Origin: Desulfomonilia bacterium
GTDB lineage: Bacteria > Desulfobacterota > Desulfomonilia > UBA1062
Assembly (NCBI GenBank): GCA_963664325.2
Contig: CAXXDQ010000007.1
Span: 928,001 to 992,000 of the forward strand
Length of the DNA: 64,000 nucleotides
Reading direction: 5' to 3'
Shown: in pieces, positions 30,629 to 41,605 of the stretch
Numbering within the stretch: the stretch's first letter is position 1
How the letters are laid out: each line of letters starts with the position of its first letter
Translations under genes and position numbers: made by a program
The notes under the pieces: generated by a model
What the model was told of the DNA's origin: nothing
Database searches by the model: none
Seen by the model: only the letters and a program-made list of their open reading frames with translations

Positions 30629-32029
30629 CTAAAGGGTTCCCATTGCAGCTTTCAATTTTGCAACTGACTCTGCATATTCAGCCCTGGCCGAGATATAATC
30701 GATCCTTGACTTGTCCAGCATGGTCTGCGCATCCAGGACATCTGTGGATGTGCATGCCTGAAGATTATACCTGTGCTTCTGAATCCTGAGGTTTTCTTCT
30801 GCCTGGTCTATTGCCTTTATACCGACTTCCATTTTCGCCTTTGATGCAAAAGCCGTTTGATACGCATCTTTAACCTCAAGGATAACTTCATCGGTCTTTC
30901 TCTGTTTTTCCAGTAAAGCCTGAGATTGTCTTGCGTTTGCCTTTGCAACATTGGTATATGCAGTACCGCCTTCCACAAGCTTCCCGAAAAGCGTCCACTC
31001 CAATCCCACACCAATAGTCCACTGTTTGTTTACAACATCCACATCGGGACCTGATCTTTCATACTTGTATGTCGCAGCCACACGCGGTGCATACCCGCCT
31101 TTGGCTGCCTTGACTCCCTTTGCTGCGGTTTCCATATATATATCGAGTTTTTTAATCTCCTGACGATTATTTTTGGCGATTTCAATCGCTTCTTCCAGTG
31201 TTTCCTCAATCGGCGGCGTCTTAATATCATTGTCAATAATGACCGGTTCGGAAATGGGTCTCGCCATCGCAACATTCAAACCTGACTCCGCCTTATTTGC
31301 CATATTTTGAACAGTTATAAGATTCTGTTCGGTTTCAGCAAGTTTTACTTGAGCCTGAAGGACATCATTCTTTGCAATAACCCCTGCCTTGAAGAAGGCC
31401 GTCGCCTGATTCAGGTGCGCCTGAACTGAGGCTACCGCAGCTTTTGCGACATCGACTCCCTGCCTGCTGGCGATAACACCGTAATAGGTTTCAATCACTT
31501 TGACCTTCAGATCACGAACCGCTTTCTGAGTTTCCAGATCCGATGATTTCACCCCGTCTTTGGCCATCTGGTAATTCTGGTAAAGAGAGCCTCCAGCGAA
31601 TAACACCTGCGTGATCACCAGTGAAGCCGAGTGGTTATCCTGAGTACCCACCGGAATACCCTGGCCAGGGATATAAGCGAGAAGAGGCCTTCGAGTATCC
31701 CAGTCAAGGGCTATATTTCCGTTGCTGTCAAAACGGGGAGGACTCTGATCGTTTAGAACCGGAAGATACAGATCTTCACCTATCTGCAATGCCGGGACTT
31801 CATTCAAACGATAATAACCGTAATTAACCTTGACCTGGGGCAGCATCATCATCAGGGCTTCGTTCTTTTCCATTTTCCTTACAGTTACTTCTTCTTCAAT
31901 CGCTTTAATGCCCGGATAATTGCTTACAGCCACTTCCAAGGCCTGCTCGACAGTCATTATTTCCTGTGAGAATGCCTCTCCTGCAATCATTACCATGAAA
32001 ACCACAACACACAATATCTGCCTAAGCAT
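30629..32029 (-). CDS. TolC-family outer membrane efflux protein
   Basis: Signal peptide, two OEP repeats (LFAGG; DVLQAQ; DVLDAQ); ATG 32029 with GGAGG RBS. Confidence 0.92.
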   Translation of the reverse strand: MLRQILCVVVFMVMIAGEAFSQEIMTVEQALEVAVSNYPGIKAIEEEVTVRKMEKNEALMMMLPQVKVNYGYYRLNEVPALQIGEDLYLPVLNDQSPPRFDSNGNIALDWDTRRPLLAYIPGQGIPVGTQDNHSASLVITQVLFAGGSLYQNYQMAKDGVKSSDLETQKAVRDLKVKVIETYYGVIASRQGVDVAKAAVASVQAHLNQATAFFKAGVIAKNDVLQAQVKLAETEQNLITVQNMANKAESGLNVAMARPISEPVIIDNDIKTPPIEETLEEAIEIAKNNRQEIKKLDIYMETAAKGVKAAKGGYAPRVAATYKYERSGPDVDVVNKQWTIGVGLEWTLFGKLVEGGTAYTNVAKANARQSQALLEKQRKTDEVILEVKDAYQTAFASKAKMEVGIKAIDQAEENLRIQKHRYNLQACTSTDVLDAQTMLDKSRIDYISARAEYAESVAKLKAAMGTL

Positions 32030-32618
32030 CTTTACCTCCTGTAACAAAGTCCATGATTCCGGAAATGTATTCAGTAGGAACCTTTTTTAAAATACCCATC
32101 AGCCAATCATTTGCAATAGAATCCAGCGTCCCAACAATCATAAGCGTCATCAGGTCTATATCGATATTTTTATTGGTTTCATGCGATTGTGAAAGTATTT
32201 CTTTCAGCATCCCGATGTTTTCCTTATAAACATCCCTCAGGCGCATAACAATCTGTGGGGTTATATCCGGTATGGGAAAATAGAATATTTCCATTATAAG
32301 ACGCTGGAGATCAGGCTGTTTTTCCACCCAGTCAAGCCTGTATTCAATGAACGCAACCAGCCTGTCATGCCATTTGTTTTTCCCTGTCAGGGATTCCTTC
32401 AATCCGGTATTGAAAGTCTCGATACCCTCAATGATTACCTCTGAAAAAAGACCCTGTTTGTTCGGAAAATAGTGATAAATAGTGCCCATTCCGAATTCTG
32501 CGACACCGGCTATCTGTGACATTGTAGCATTGAAGTAACCATCCCGGGCGAATACTTTTCTTGCTGCCTCAAGGATAGTCTTCCTTCTAAGTTGTCTCTC
32601 CCGTTCCTTCCTCATCAT
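32022..32618 (-). CDS. TetR/AcrR-family transcriptional regulator
   Basis: ILEAARKVF...GY..ATM..IA....GTIYHYF.NK HTH; heads the efflux operon. Confidence 0.93.
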   Translation of the reverse strand: MMRKERERQLRRKTILEAARKVFARDGYFNATMSQIAGVAEFGMGTIYHYFPNKQGLFSEVIIEGIETFNTGLKESLTGKNKWHDRLVAFIEYRLDWVEKQPDLQRLIMEIFYFPIPDITPQIVMRLRDVYKENIGMLKEILSQSHETNKNIDIDLMTLMIVGTLDSIANDWLMGILKKVPTEYISGIMDFVTGGKDA

Positions 32619-32621
32619 AAA

Positions 32622-32685
32622 GTAGAATCCATATTCGAACGTAGAATCAGTATTCCAATCTAATGTAAATATTCAATGAAGTCAA
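32622..32685 (-). promoter_or_regulatory. Sigma-70 promoter and tandem palindromic operator of the tetR-efflux operon
   Basis: TTGACT-17 bp-TAGATT (32685-32657); two GAAT-N4-ATTC palindromes within GTAGAATCCATATTC (32622-32636) and GTAGAATCAGTATTC (32641-32655). Confidence 0.65.
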
Positions 32686-32868
32686 TAAGAAACATAAGGT
32701 TACAGTTATCGAAAATGTCGAGATTTATTAAAAGCCGCAGGATTTTCTTTTTTGCCTGGAGACAGGATTCGATTCAGCTCCTAGTCTGTGAAGGTTTAAA
32801 CTCTTTTATGTTAAAGGATTTTGTCTGTTTCGCCGAAAGCTCTCATATATTGCCAAGGGGAGGCATGC

Positions 32869-34740
32869 ATGAATGCAAGGATAGCCGGTGAGTATAGCAA
32901 AAAGCTTGTAACTGCAGAAAAGGCAGTTGATACGATATCACAGGGAAAGAGGGTTTTTGTCGGCTCATACTGCGGGGAGCCGCAACATCTTGTCTCGACG
33001 CTTATAAAAAACACGCACAATTTCTTTGATGTTGAGCTGATAAGATTCCTCAATCTTGAAGGCTCGCTCATGGGACTTGTTGCCGAAGAGACCAAGGGAA
33101 GAAGCTATCATGTCAGGTCAATATATCAGGGTTCCGGAATGCTTACAGGGCTTTCAGCGGCAAAGCGCTTCTTAACGCCAATAAACCTATATATGGTGCC
33201 CCAGCTTTTCTTAAAAAAGCATATCCCTATCCATTATGCATTAATCCAGGTCAGCCCGCCTGACGAATTCGGCTGGGTAAACCTTGGGATATCAGTAGAT
33301 ATTACGCTGGCGGCGGCACAGGCTGCCGATATAGTAATAGCACAGATAAACAAAAATATGCCCAGGATCCCCGGTTACGGCATGCTTCATGTCGATGACC
33401 TGGACTATATTGTCGAACACGATGAGGAACTTCTCACAACCTATCCAACACCTGATTTGACCGGTATGGAAAATATTGCAAGGCACCTCTCAAATCTTGT
33501 TGATGACGGATCGACAATCCAGCTCGGTCCGGGTCTTCCAGGAGGGCTTGTCGAGCTTGCCCTGGAAAATAAAAACGACCTCGGGATACACAGCCAGTTT
33601 ATCCTCGATTCCATGCTGGCCCTATGTAAAAAGGGCGTCATAACGAATCGCATAAAAGGATTCAACGACGGCAAAATGGTCGCATCGGGCGCCATAGGCC
33701 CGGAAGAACTTTACAGGTTTCTTGACATGAATCCCATGGTTGAATTCAGGCCGAGTGATTATGTAAGCAACCCGCGCATAATAGCAAAACATAACAAAAT
33801 GGTGTCCATCAACCTTGCTTCCACAATAGATCTTAAAGGCCAGGTTTCCGCTGACGGTATGCCGCAAAACCATTTTGCGGACGCCGCGGGCATGGTTGAT
33901 TTCTCGAGAGGCGCTTCGATGGCCGACGGTGGTAAAACAATAATGATCATACCGTCGGTGTCAGCTGACGAGAGCCTGAGCAACATCATCACTGAGATTT
34001 GTACAGGAGCTGTCGCCATTACCGCCCCTGATGTAACATATGTCGTAAGTGAATATGGCGTTGTAAATCTTTTCGGTAAAAACATCCAGGAAAGGGCCAT
34101 GGCAATTATCAGCATTTCCCACCCGAAATTCAGGGATGAACTCTTTACCAAAGCCAAGGAGCTCGGGCTCATAAGCCACGAGCGTAATATCAATGAGTCC
34201 ATCAACGGCATCTATCCTGCATGGATGGAAGAAACCATAGAATCAGGCGGGGAAAAAATCACATTCAGACCCGCTAAAACAAGTGACAGCAGGCTCATCC
34301 AGGAACATTTTTATTCAATGGACAAAAAGGATATTTCAAAGCGTTTCTTCGGTTTCAGGATGCATTTTTTCTGGGATGAGCTCAAGAACATGTTTCTTGT
34401 TGACTACAAAAACAAATTCTCCGTGATCGCATATGTGGGAGAAGAGGGTCTTGGCAAGGTTATCGGCGTGGGCATGTACTGCGTTGAGGAAGGCAAAAAT
34501 ATTGCAGAGGTCGCCTACTCTCTTGATGTCGGCTGGCAGGGCAAGGGCATCGCATCAAAGCTTCAGCAGAAAATAGTAGATGCAGCGCGGCATAACGGCA
34601 TTGCAGGCCTCTATGCAATGACATACCCCGACAACAACACCATGATTAAACTTTTCAAAAAATTGCCCTACAAAATATCAAATCGCTATGATGACGGCGC
34701 CCTGATAATGGAGACGCATTTTTCCGAGCCGAAAGAATAA
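32869..34740 (+). CDS. Acetyl-CoA hydrolase/transferase-family domain fused to C-terminal GNAT acetyltransferase
   Basis: ALIQVSPPD, DGSTIQLG, DLGIHS, VVSEYG, ERA.AIISISHP.FR; GNAT AEVAY...WQGKGIA. Confidence 0.88.
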   Translation: MNARIAGEYSKKLVTAEKAVDTISQGKRVFVGSYCGEPQHLVSTLIKNTHNFFDVELIRFLNLEGSLMGLVAEETKGRSYHVRSIYQGSGMLTGLSAAKRFLTPINLYMVPQLFLKKHIPIHYALIQVSPPDEFGWVNLGISVDITLAAAQAADIVIAQINKNMPRIPGYGMLHVDDLDYIVEHDEELLTTYPTPDLTGMENIARHLSNLVDDGSTIQLGPGLPGGLVELALENKNDLGIHSQFILDSMLALCKKGVITNRIKGFNDGKMVASGAIGPEELYRFLDMNPMVEFRPSDYVSNPRIIAKHNKMVSINLASTIDLKGQVSADGMPQNHFADAAGMVDFSRGASMADGGKTIMIIPSVSADESLSNIITEICTGAVAITAPDVTYVVSEYGVVNLFGKNIQERAMAIISISHPKFRDELFTKAKELGLISHERNINESINGIYPAWMEETIESGGEKITFRPAKTSDSRLIQEHFYSMDKKDISKRFFGFRMHFFWDELKNMFLVDYKNKFSVIAYVGEEGLGKVIGVGMYCVEEGKNIAEVAYSLDVGWQGKGIASKLQQKIVDAARHNGIAGLYAMTYPDNNTMIKLFKKLPYKISNRYDDGALIMETHFSEPKE

Positions 34741-34759
34741 ACCCAGGAGGAATATAAGA

Positions 34760-35110
34760 ATGGAAATTTCAGTTGAAAACTTATCCCCCAGGATCAGGAT
34801 TCTATCAGTGAGTGGCAGGGTTGATGCCATAACCGCCCCTGAAATGGAAAAGGTCGTGACAAATTCCTTTGCAGAACCGAGATCTGCCTGCATCCTCAAC
34901 CTCTCAGGGGTAGATTATATGAGCAGTGCAGGCATCCGAGTATTGGTTCTGGGCTCCAAAACAGCCGTTTCCACAGACGGGCTGTTCTATGTATCAAGCC
35001 TTCAGGAGGGCGTAAAAAAGGTCCTGGAAATTGTCGGTTTTCTCCCCCTGCTTGATGTTTTTGCCGATGTATCTCTTGCAAAGGATTCCGCTGCAAAGAA
35101 ATTGGCATAG
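34760..35110 (+). CDS. STAS-domain anti-sigma factor antagonist
   Basis: SGRVDA..AP, LSGVDYMSSAGIRVL with the conserved phosphoacceptor Ser. Confidence 0.92.
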   Translation: MEISVENLSPRIRILSVSGRVDAITAPEMEKVVTNSFAEPRSACILNLSGVDYMSSAGIRVLVLGSKTAVSTDGLFYVSSLQEGVKKVLEIVGFLPLLDVFADVSLAKDSAAKKLA

Positions 35111-35145
35111 CACTGACAATGGGGGAATAAATACCGGGAAAAGAG

Positions 35146-37495
35146 ATGTTCAATAAATTTTCCAAGAGCCTCACTACCAAGCTGGTGATACAGATATCCA
35201 GTACGGTCCTTATTATTTATACTATTGTATTTTCTTATAACTACATGGAATCCAGGAAACAGATTTCAGCCTATGCAGAGATGCATTGCAGGAGAGTTGC
35301 AGAAAGCACGGCAAGCCTCATCGAGTCAACCATGCATGAATCGGAAAGGTCTGCCATAGACTCGATTCCGGTTTTACTGAACAACATAGATGATTCAGTA
35401 CTTATTAAAACCCTGATTGAAATGATTATCAGGCAGAACCAGGGTCTCGTAGGTGCCATACTCATTACAGAAGAATCAGGCAAATCAGGAAAGCTTTCCG
35501 AAATACATATGCACAGATCGCCTCGCGGTATAGAACTGATAAATACAGATATTCTTAAAGAAGGTTCCTTCTACCGCAACTCATATGAAACCGTCAGAAA
35601 GTCACAGAAACCCTTTTGGAGCAACCCCATGATAGAACCTGATCTTGATTATCCCGAGATAGTTTTCACAATGCCCATGTTCAGTGAACAGGTCGGCAGG
35701 AAAGTGTTCAAAGGGGTTTTCCTTATCGAGGTCTCTCTTCTGAACATCTCTGAAATCGTATCAAACGTTAAGGTTTTCAATACCGGATACTGCTTCATCA
35801 TATCAGGTGACGGCACGTTCATAGCACATCCTTTTACTGACAGAATCGCACGCGAAACCATCTTCCAGCTTGCAAGCGAATTTCACAACCCGTCGGCTGC
35901 CGTTATAGGCACGCATATGATCAGGGGGGAGACGGGGTTTTCGGTTTTCGACAGTATCGTCCTGAAAGAAAGCAGTTTTATATATTATGTCCCCATACTC
36001 GAATATGGCTGGTCGCTGGCAGTCCTGTGTGCTCAATCCGACATGTTCAGCGGGATGAAGAAGCTTTCGAAAAGCCTTGTTATGCTTGCCCTGGCAGGGC
36101 TGCTGATACTCTTTATGTTCGTAGCGTTCATATCGGGAAGGATAACCAGGCCGCTAAGGGGTCTTGCTGCTGCAGCCTATGCAATAGGCAAAGGAGACCT
36201 TGACTACAACATACCCAGGATAAACATAAAAGATGAAGTCGGCGTGCTGACAAACGTATTTTCGGATATGTTGGAATCCCTGAAAAACCAGATAGCCATA
36301 CTCACTGAAACCACTGCCGCAAAAGAGCGTATTGAAAGAGAGCTGCAGATTGCACATGAGGTCCAGATGAGCATACTGCCGGGGCTTGACTCAATTCAGA
36401 GGTCCAGTGAATTCGATCTGTTCGCCTCCATGGTTCCGGCCAGGGAAGTCGGCGGAGACATGTATGATTTTTTCATGACCGACGAGAATTCCCTGTGGCT
36501 TATCATTGGAGACGTATCAGGGAAAGGCATCCCAGCGGCCTTTTACATGGCGCTGACAAAAACGATGCTTCACATGTCGGCTCTTTCAAATTCAACTCCC
36601 GGCGAAGTCCTGACATCGGTGAATAATGAACTCTGCAGAAACAACCCGTATTCCATGTTCGTTACAATCTTTATTGCCCGCTTGAATATAAAAACCGGAG
36701 TTATCCTGTACTCCAATGCAGGCCACAATCCTCCGGTAATCGTGCAGGAAAAAGGCGGGCTTTTATTTGTGGATGAAAGGATGGGTCCCTGCGTGCGGTT
36801 TGAAGCATGGAATAAAATACGGGACCAGGAGAACCAGGTTATTGAAGGGGAATACTCTTTTCATGTTTACAGACGGCGTAACGGAAAGTATTGATATTCA
36901 TGGAAGCCTGTTCACTGAAGAAGGGCTCAATAAAGTGCTCATGAACGCCGCTGATATGAATCCCGGGGAAATTATTTCAGGGATCATGCAAAAGATTGAG
37001 GGTTTTGCCAAAGATATGCCACAGAATGATGATATTACGATGCTGGCGGTTAAATATAACGGCATGGAATCCGAAACTTTTCATGCCAAAAACGCCCACA
37101 TCAATATTGAAAATAAACCTGATAATATTGAAAGGATCCATGCATTTATTTCCGATTTCATCAAGTCATGCGGCATCGGGGAACCCGCTGTTAATAACCT
37201 TGATCTTATCATTGAAGAGCTGTTCATCAACATATGCAGATACGCCTATTCTGACGACAAGGCTCATAATGTATATATATCTCTTTCCTTTGACGGTTCT
37301 GATATAACATTTTCTCTGGAAGATGACGGCCTTGAGTTCAATCCGCTCACCTATAACCCTCAGCCTTATTCGTGCTCTATTGATCAAACACAGGTCGGCG
37401 GACAGGGCATAAGGATTGTCAACAGCCTGTCTGAGTCGATAAGTTATCAGTACAGAAACGGGAAAAATATTATTACTGGGAAAATGAAACCCTGA
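35146..37495 (+). pseudogene. Cache-HAMP-SpoIIE (PP2C) phosphatase fused to HATPase anti-sigma domain, split by a +1 frameshift near 36787-36789
   Basis: Frame 1 has ERELQIAHEVQ, EVGGDMYD, GDVSGKG, NAGHNPP; the next frame continues FTDGVTES, NDDITML, IEELFINI..YAY, DDG.EFNP, GGQGI; deleting one C gives MGPACGLK and a 782-aa protein. Confidence 0.8.
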
Positions 37496-37552
37496 TTAAC
37501 CGGATATTGCCAAAGCTGTATTGAATGTATCTAAGAAGAAATCCTGGTGCAG

Positions 37553-37584
37553 ATAATAAACGGGACGGCCCGTCGGCCGTCCCG
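37553..37584 (-). terminator. Rho-independent terminator of the cold-shock gene
   Basis: CGGGACGGCC-N4-GGCCGTCCCG followed on the minus strand by TTTATTAT. Confidence 0.75.
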
Positions 37585-37591
37585 GGTTTAA

Positions 37592-37792
37592 TCAGACTTT
37601 GACGACGTTCGAAGCCTGGGGGCCTTTCTGCCCCTGGACTACATCATACTTGACCCTGTCACCTTCCTGGAGCGTTTTGAATCCTTCCTGATTCAGCGAT
37701 GAAAAATGTACAAATACATCTGTTCCATCATCTTGTGTAATAAAACCAAACCCCTTTTTCTCATTAAACCATTTTACTGTTCCCTGCGCCAT
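37592..37792 (-). CDS. Cold-shock protein (CspA family)
   Basis: [22 protein letters not shown]. Confidence 0.96.
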   Translation of the reverse strand: MAQGTVKWFNEKKGFGFITQDDGTDVFVHFSSLNQEGFKTLQEGDRVKYDVVQGQKGPQASNVVKV

Positions 37793-38035
37793 TAAAACAC
37801 CTCCGTTTAACGACCCCTAAGTCTGGCAAAACATCAGGGCCTTTTGTTTTGTTTCTGGAACATGATTACTTTGCGCAACCTCAGGAAAAACTACTTTTTG
37901 GGTTTTACTGTGGTTCATGCCGATAATCCTTCCAGTTGGAGAATAATAAAATAGCAACTCCATTTTAATGTCAAGCTAAATGAAGAAGGATTTATAAATT
38001 TTACAGTGTAAACTTTTTATGCAACAATATGCCGG

Positions 38036-40030
38036 ATGAATTTCAAACTCATATCAGACTATAAACCCAGCGGCGACCAGCCTGGAGCAATCGATACCCT
38101 TTGTGAAGGCATAGAAAAAGGCGTGCGCGACCAGGTCCTTCTTGGAGTGACCGGGTCCGGCAAGACATTTACAATGGCCTGCGTAATCGAACGCATGAAC
38201 AGACCCTCCCTTGTCATTGCGCCCAACAAGATACTGGCCGCGCAGCTCTACGGGGAATTCAGGGAACTCTTTCCCGATAACGCCGTTGAATATTTCGTCA
38301 GCTACTATGATTATTACCAGCCAGAGGCCTATGTCCCTGCGCGCGACCTGTACATAGAGAAGGATTCGGACGTAAACGAAGATATAGACAAACTCAGGCA
38401 CAGGGCGACCCGGGCTCTTTTCGAGCGGGAGGACTGCATCATCGTGGCGTCCGTATCATGCATCTACGGCCTCGGCTCGCCCGAGGCCTATTCCGGGATG
38501 CTGCTCTTTCTGGAAGAAGGCCGTGATACAGGCCGCGAAACGATTTTGAAGAAGCTCGTCGAAATCCAGTACGAACGCGGCAATTTTGATTTTCACCGCG
38601 GTTCCTTCAGGGTTCGCGGTGATACGATCGACATCTACCCCGTTCATGAAGAGGAAAAGGCCATCCGTGTCGAGCTGATGGGTGATTCCATCGAAACCAT
38701 ATGGGAGATAGACGCGCTGAAAGGTTCAAAAATCAGAAGGCTTTCCCATTTCCCCATATATCCCGCCTCGCACTACGTAACGCCCGAAAGCCAGATGAAG
38801 AATGCAATAAATACCATCAGGGACGAACTCGCGGACAGGCTTGATTTCTTCAGGGCCGAAAACAGGCTCGTGGAGGCGCAGAGGCTCGAGGAGCGCACGC
38901 GCTATGACCTCGAGCTGCTCATGGAAACGGGCATCTGCAAAGGGATCGAGAATTACTCCCGGCACCTGACTGGCAGGAAAGAAGGTGATCCGCCGCCAAC
39001 CCTGATGGACTACCTGCCTAGAAACAGCCTCGTGTTCCTCGATGAATCGCATGTCGGCGTCCCGCAGCTGATAGGCATGTACAGGGGCGACCATAAGAGG
39101 AAGTCAACCCTTGTGGAATACGGTTTCAGGCTGCCTTCCGCCCTGGACAACAGACCGCTCAGATTCGACGAATTCAACGGCCTCGTGAATAAAATAATAT
39201 ATGTCTCGGCCACCCCCAGCGACTATGAGCTCAAGCAGACAAAAGGCAAGGTTGTCGAGCAGGTGGTAAGGCCCACCGGACTTGTCGATCCGCTGATAGA
39301 AGTCAGGAAGGCCGCCACACAGATTGACGACCTCTGCGCAGAGACGGCAAAGGTCACGGGCGAAGGAGGCCGGGTTCTTGTAACAACGCTTACAAAGCGC
39401 ATGTCAGAGGAGCTGACAGACTATCTTTCAAGCCTTGACGTCAAAGCAAGATACATGCACTCGGACATTGACACGCTCGAACGGATCGAACTGGTGAACG
39501 GGCTGCGCGAGGGCAAATTCGACGTACTTGTGGGCATAAACCTCCTGCGCGAAGGGCTGGACCTTCCCGAGGTCGAGCTCGTTGCCATACTCGATGCGGA
39601 CAAGGAAGGTTTCCTGCGCTCCGAGCGCTCGCTTGTCCAGACCTCGGGCCGGGCCGCCAGAAACATAAAGGGCCGCGTCATATTTTATGCGGACAAGGTA
39701 ACCGGCTCGATGGAAAGGGCCATGAACGAGACGCAGCGCCGACGCGAAAAGCAGCTCCTTTACAATAAGGAGCACGGCATAACGCCCAGGAGCATCCAGA
39801 AAGACATACGTGATATCCTTTCATCGATCTATGAACGGGACTATGCCGACATGAGCGCTGAGGTCAAGACCTCCGAAGGGACTGTCAGTATAAGGCAGAT
39901 TGAAAAGACAATAAAAAAACTGGAAAAGAAAATGACAGAAGCGGCCAAGACGCTGAAGTTTGAAGAAGCCGCAGAATTCCGCGACGAAATAAAAAGGCTA
40001 AAGCGCATCAGGCTCGCGGTCGAAGATTAG
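38036..40030 (+). CDS. uvrB: Excinuclease ABC subunit B
   Basis: [40 protein letters not shown]-terminal UVR domain. Confidence 0.98.
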   Translation: MNFKLISDYKPSGDQPGAIDTLCEGIEKGVRDQVLLGVTGSGKTFTMACVIERMNRPSLVIAPNKILAAQLYGEFRELFPDNAVEYFVSYYDYYQPEAYVPARDLYIEKDSDVNEDIDKLRHRATRALFEREDCIIVASVSCIYGLGSPEAYSGMLLFLEEGRDTGRETILKKLVEIQYERGNFDFHRGSFRVRGDTIDIYPVHEEEKAIRVELMGDSIETIWEIDALKGSKIRRLSHFPIYPASHYVTPESQMKNAINTIRDELADRLDFFRAENRLVEAQRLEERTRYDLELLMETGICKGIENYSRHLTGRKEGDPPPTLMDYLPRNSLVFLDESHVGVPQLIGMYRGDHKRKSTLVEYGFRLPSALDNRPLRFDEFNGLVNKIIYVSATPSDYELKQTKGKVVEQVVRPTGLVDPLIEVRKAATQIDDLCAETAKVTGEGGRVLVTTLTKRMSEELTDYLSSLDVKARYMHSDIDTLERIELVNGLREGKFDVLVGINLLREGLDLPEVELVAILDADKEGFLRSERSLVQTSGRAARNIKGRVIFYADKVTGSMERAMNETQRRREKQLLYNKEHGITPRSIQKDIRDILSSIYERDYADMSAEVKTSEGTVSIRQIEKTIKKLEKKMTEAAKTLKFEEAAEFRDEIKRLKRIRLAVED

Positions 40031-40033
40031 TTT

Positions 40034-40792
40034 ATGATTACATGCGCTCTTCCCGGCTACCGTATCACCGAAAAAGGCAAGGCCAGGCTAATCCTGAAAG
40101 ATTATTTACCGGAGCACATTGTCCCGGCATCGGGCCCTGTCGGCGAACCGTCATCGTTTAAGGGCCGCGGCAATATGCGGCTGCTGGGCGATGATATGAT
40201 CGTAAGGGAGCTTACCCACGGCGGGCTGTTCGGAAAGATGACAGGCCGGCGGTTTCTCGGCACCTCCCGGAGCATCAGGGAATTGAAGATCAGCAGTTAC
40301 CTGAGGCAGAACGGCATCAATACGCCTGAAATTCCGGCCGTCCGTTTTTCAAAAAGCAGGTTGTTTTACACTATCGATGTCATCACCCGGCTGGTGCCTG
40401 ATTCAATCGACCTCCTGACATGGCTTGAAAGTTCCAAGCCCGGACAGAAAGGGGAAACACCCCGGACCGCTCAGAACAGCGGGTCTGACAATTCATTCGC
40501 GAAAGTCTTTTATGAAACCGGAGCCCTTATCCGCAGGATGCACGAGCTGGGCGTATACCATGCGGACCTGCACCTCAAAAACATACTTCTCGACGAGCAG
40601 ATGAATCCGTGGATTCTAGACCTGGACAAGGCCCGGCATATACCCAAACTTCCGACATTCATGCGGCGGATGAATATGAACCGCTTTTTCCGCTCCTGCC
40701 GGAAATGGTCTGACAAGGGAAGAATCCTGCTGCTTCCCGACTACAGGTCAAGCTTCCTCGACGGATATGAAAGCGCCGCTTTCATCAAATGA
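40034..40792 (+). CDS. Kdo kinase / LPS kinase (KdkA/InaA-like)
   Basis: GRG, HGGLFG, RELK, GVYHADLHLKNILL, ILDLDKA. Confidence 0.78.
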   Translation: MITCALPGYRITEKGKARLILKDYLPEHIVPASGPVGEPSSFKGRGNMRLLGDDMIVRELTHGGLFGKMTGRRFLGTSRSIRELKISSYLRQNGINTPEIPAVRFSKSRLFYTIDVITRLVPDSIDLLTWLESSKPGQKGETPRTAQNSGSDNSFAKVFYETGALIRRMHELGVYHADLHLKNILLDEQMNPWILDLDKARHIPKLPTFMRRMNMNRFFRSCRKWSDKGRILLLPDYRSSFLDGYESAAFIK

Positions 40793-40822
40793 GCTTTAAG
40801 GCCTGAAGGAAGGCCGCCGGTC

Positions 40823-41581
40823 TCAATCTGCCGGAACTTTCTGTATACGCTTCTTTATGACCTGCCAGCTGTGCGTGAACAAAAAGCTATCGCGGTAACA
40901 CCCCATAAGTCTTTTAAACATGGAATACGGCATTGAAAACGTCAGTTCATCCGGGGCCATGAACGGCCTTGACGATGGGTCGAATCCGCTAATCACCGCG
41001 CGCTCTTTCCCTTCCTCGAGATAGCGCTTTACCCAGGTATACACGCCTGCGCATCCGGCCCCGAACGGAGCTGTTATAGTTTCATTGTCTCCGGCATCAA
41101 ACTGGACAAGGGTAAAAAGACCTGAAAGCACATCCGGAGTTTCAAAAAAGGCAATTACTTCGGGAACCTCATTTTCATCGAGCATATCAAGAGGTTTGAA
41201 TATCCTGAACGGCAGAGGATCGGCCTTAAGTCTTATCAGTTCAAGATACCGGCTTACTATTTCAGGGCTTTTGCAGTATCGCTCGCCTTCAAAAACCCCT
41301 TCCATACCGGTAGAGACAAAAGCGGGAATAAAATCGGTTTCAGCTCCCTCAAGATTGCAGTAAACCCTGCCTCCCGGGCACAGGTTTTCATGGTTCATGA
41401 TTACAACAGGCAGCTTCTTTTTCCTGGCCAACCTTAATATGCCGACAACGCACCTTGAGTTTTTTGGAGTGAGCGCCCCTTCAGGGACAACATCCGTGCT
41501 GAATACAGCAAACGGCATCTCCCTTAGAGACAACGCATCGGCAAACGCCTTTAGCTCTTCAGGATCAATCAGTTTTCCCAT
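40823..41581 (-). CDS. DUF169 family protein
   Basis: CPGG, EGERY.KSPE, PDVLSGLFTL, APFGAGC, GFDPSSR. Confidence 0.75.
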   Translation of the reverse strand: MGKLIDPEELKAFADALSLREMPFAVFSTDVVPEGALTPKNSRCVVGILRLARKKKLPVVIMNHENLCPGGRVYCNLEGAETDFIPAFVSTGMEGVFEGERYCKSPEIVSRYLELIRLKADPLPFRIFKPLDMLDENEVPEVIAFFETPDVLSGLFTLVQFDAGDNETITAPFGAGCAGVYTWVKRYLEEGKERAVISGFDPSSRPFMAPDELTFSMPYSMFKRLMGCYRDSFLFTHSWQVIKKRIQKVPAD

Positions 41582-41605
41582 CCTGTTCTCCTTATCTCTT
41601 ATAGC

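Noticed and set aside
37793-38035. LexA box upstream of uvrB
   Set aside because: No convincing palindrome found by eye
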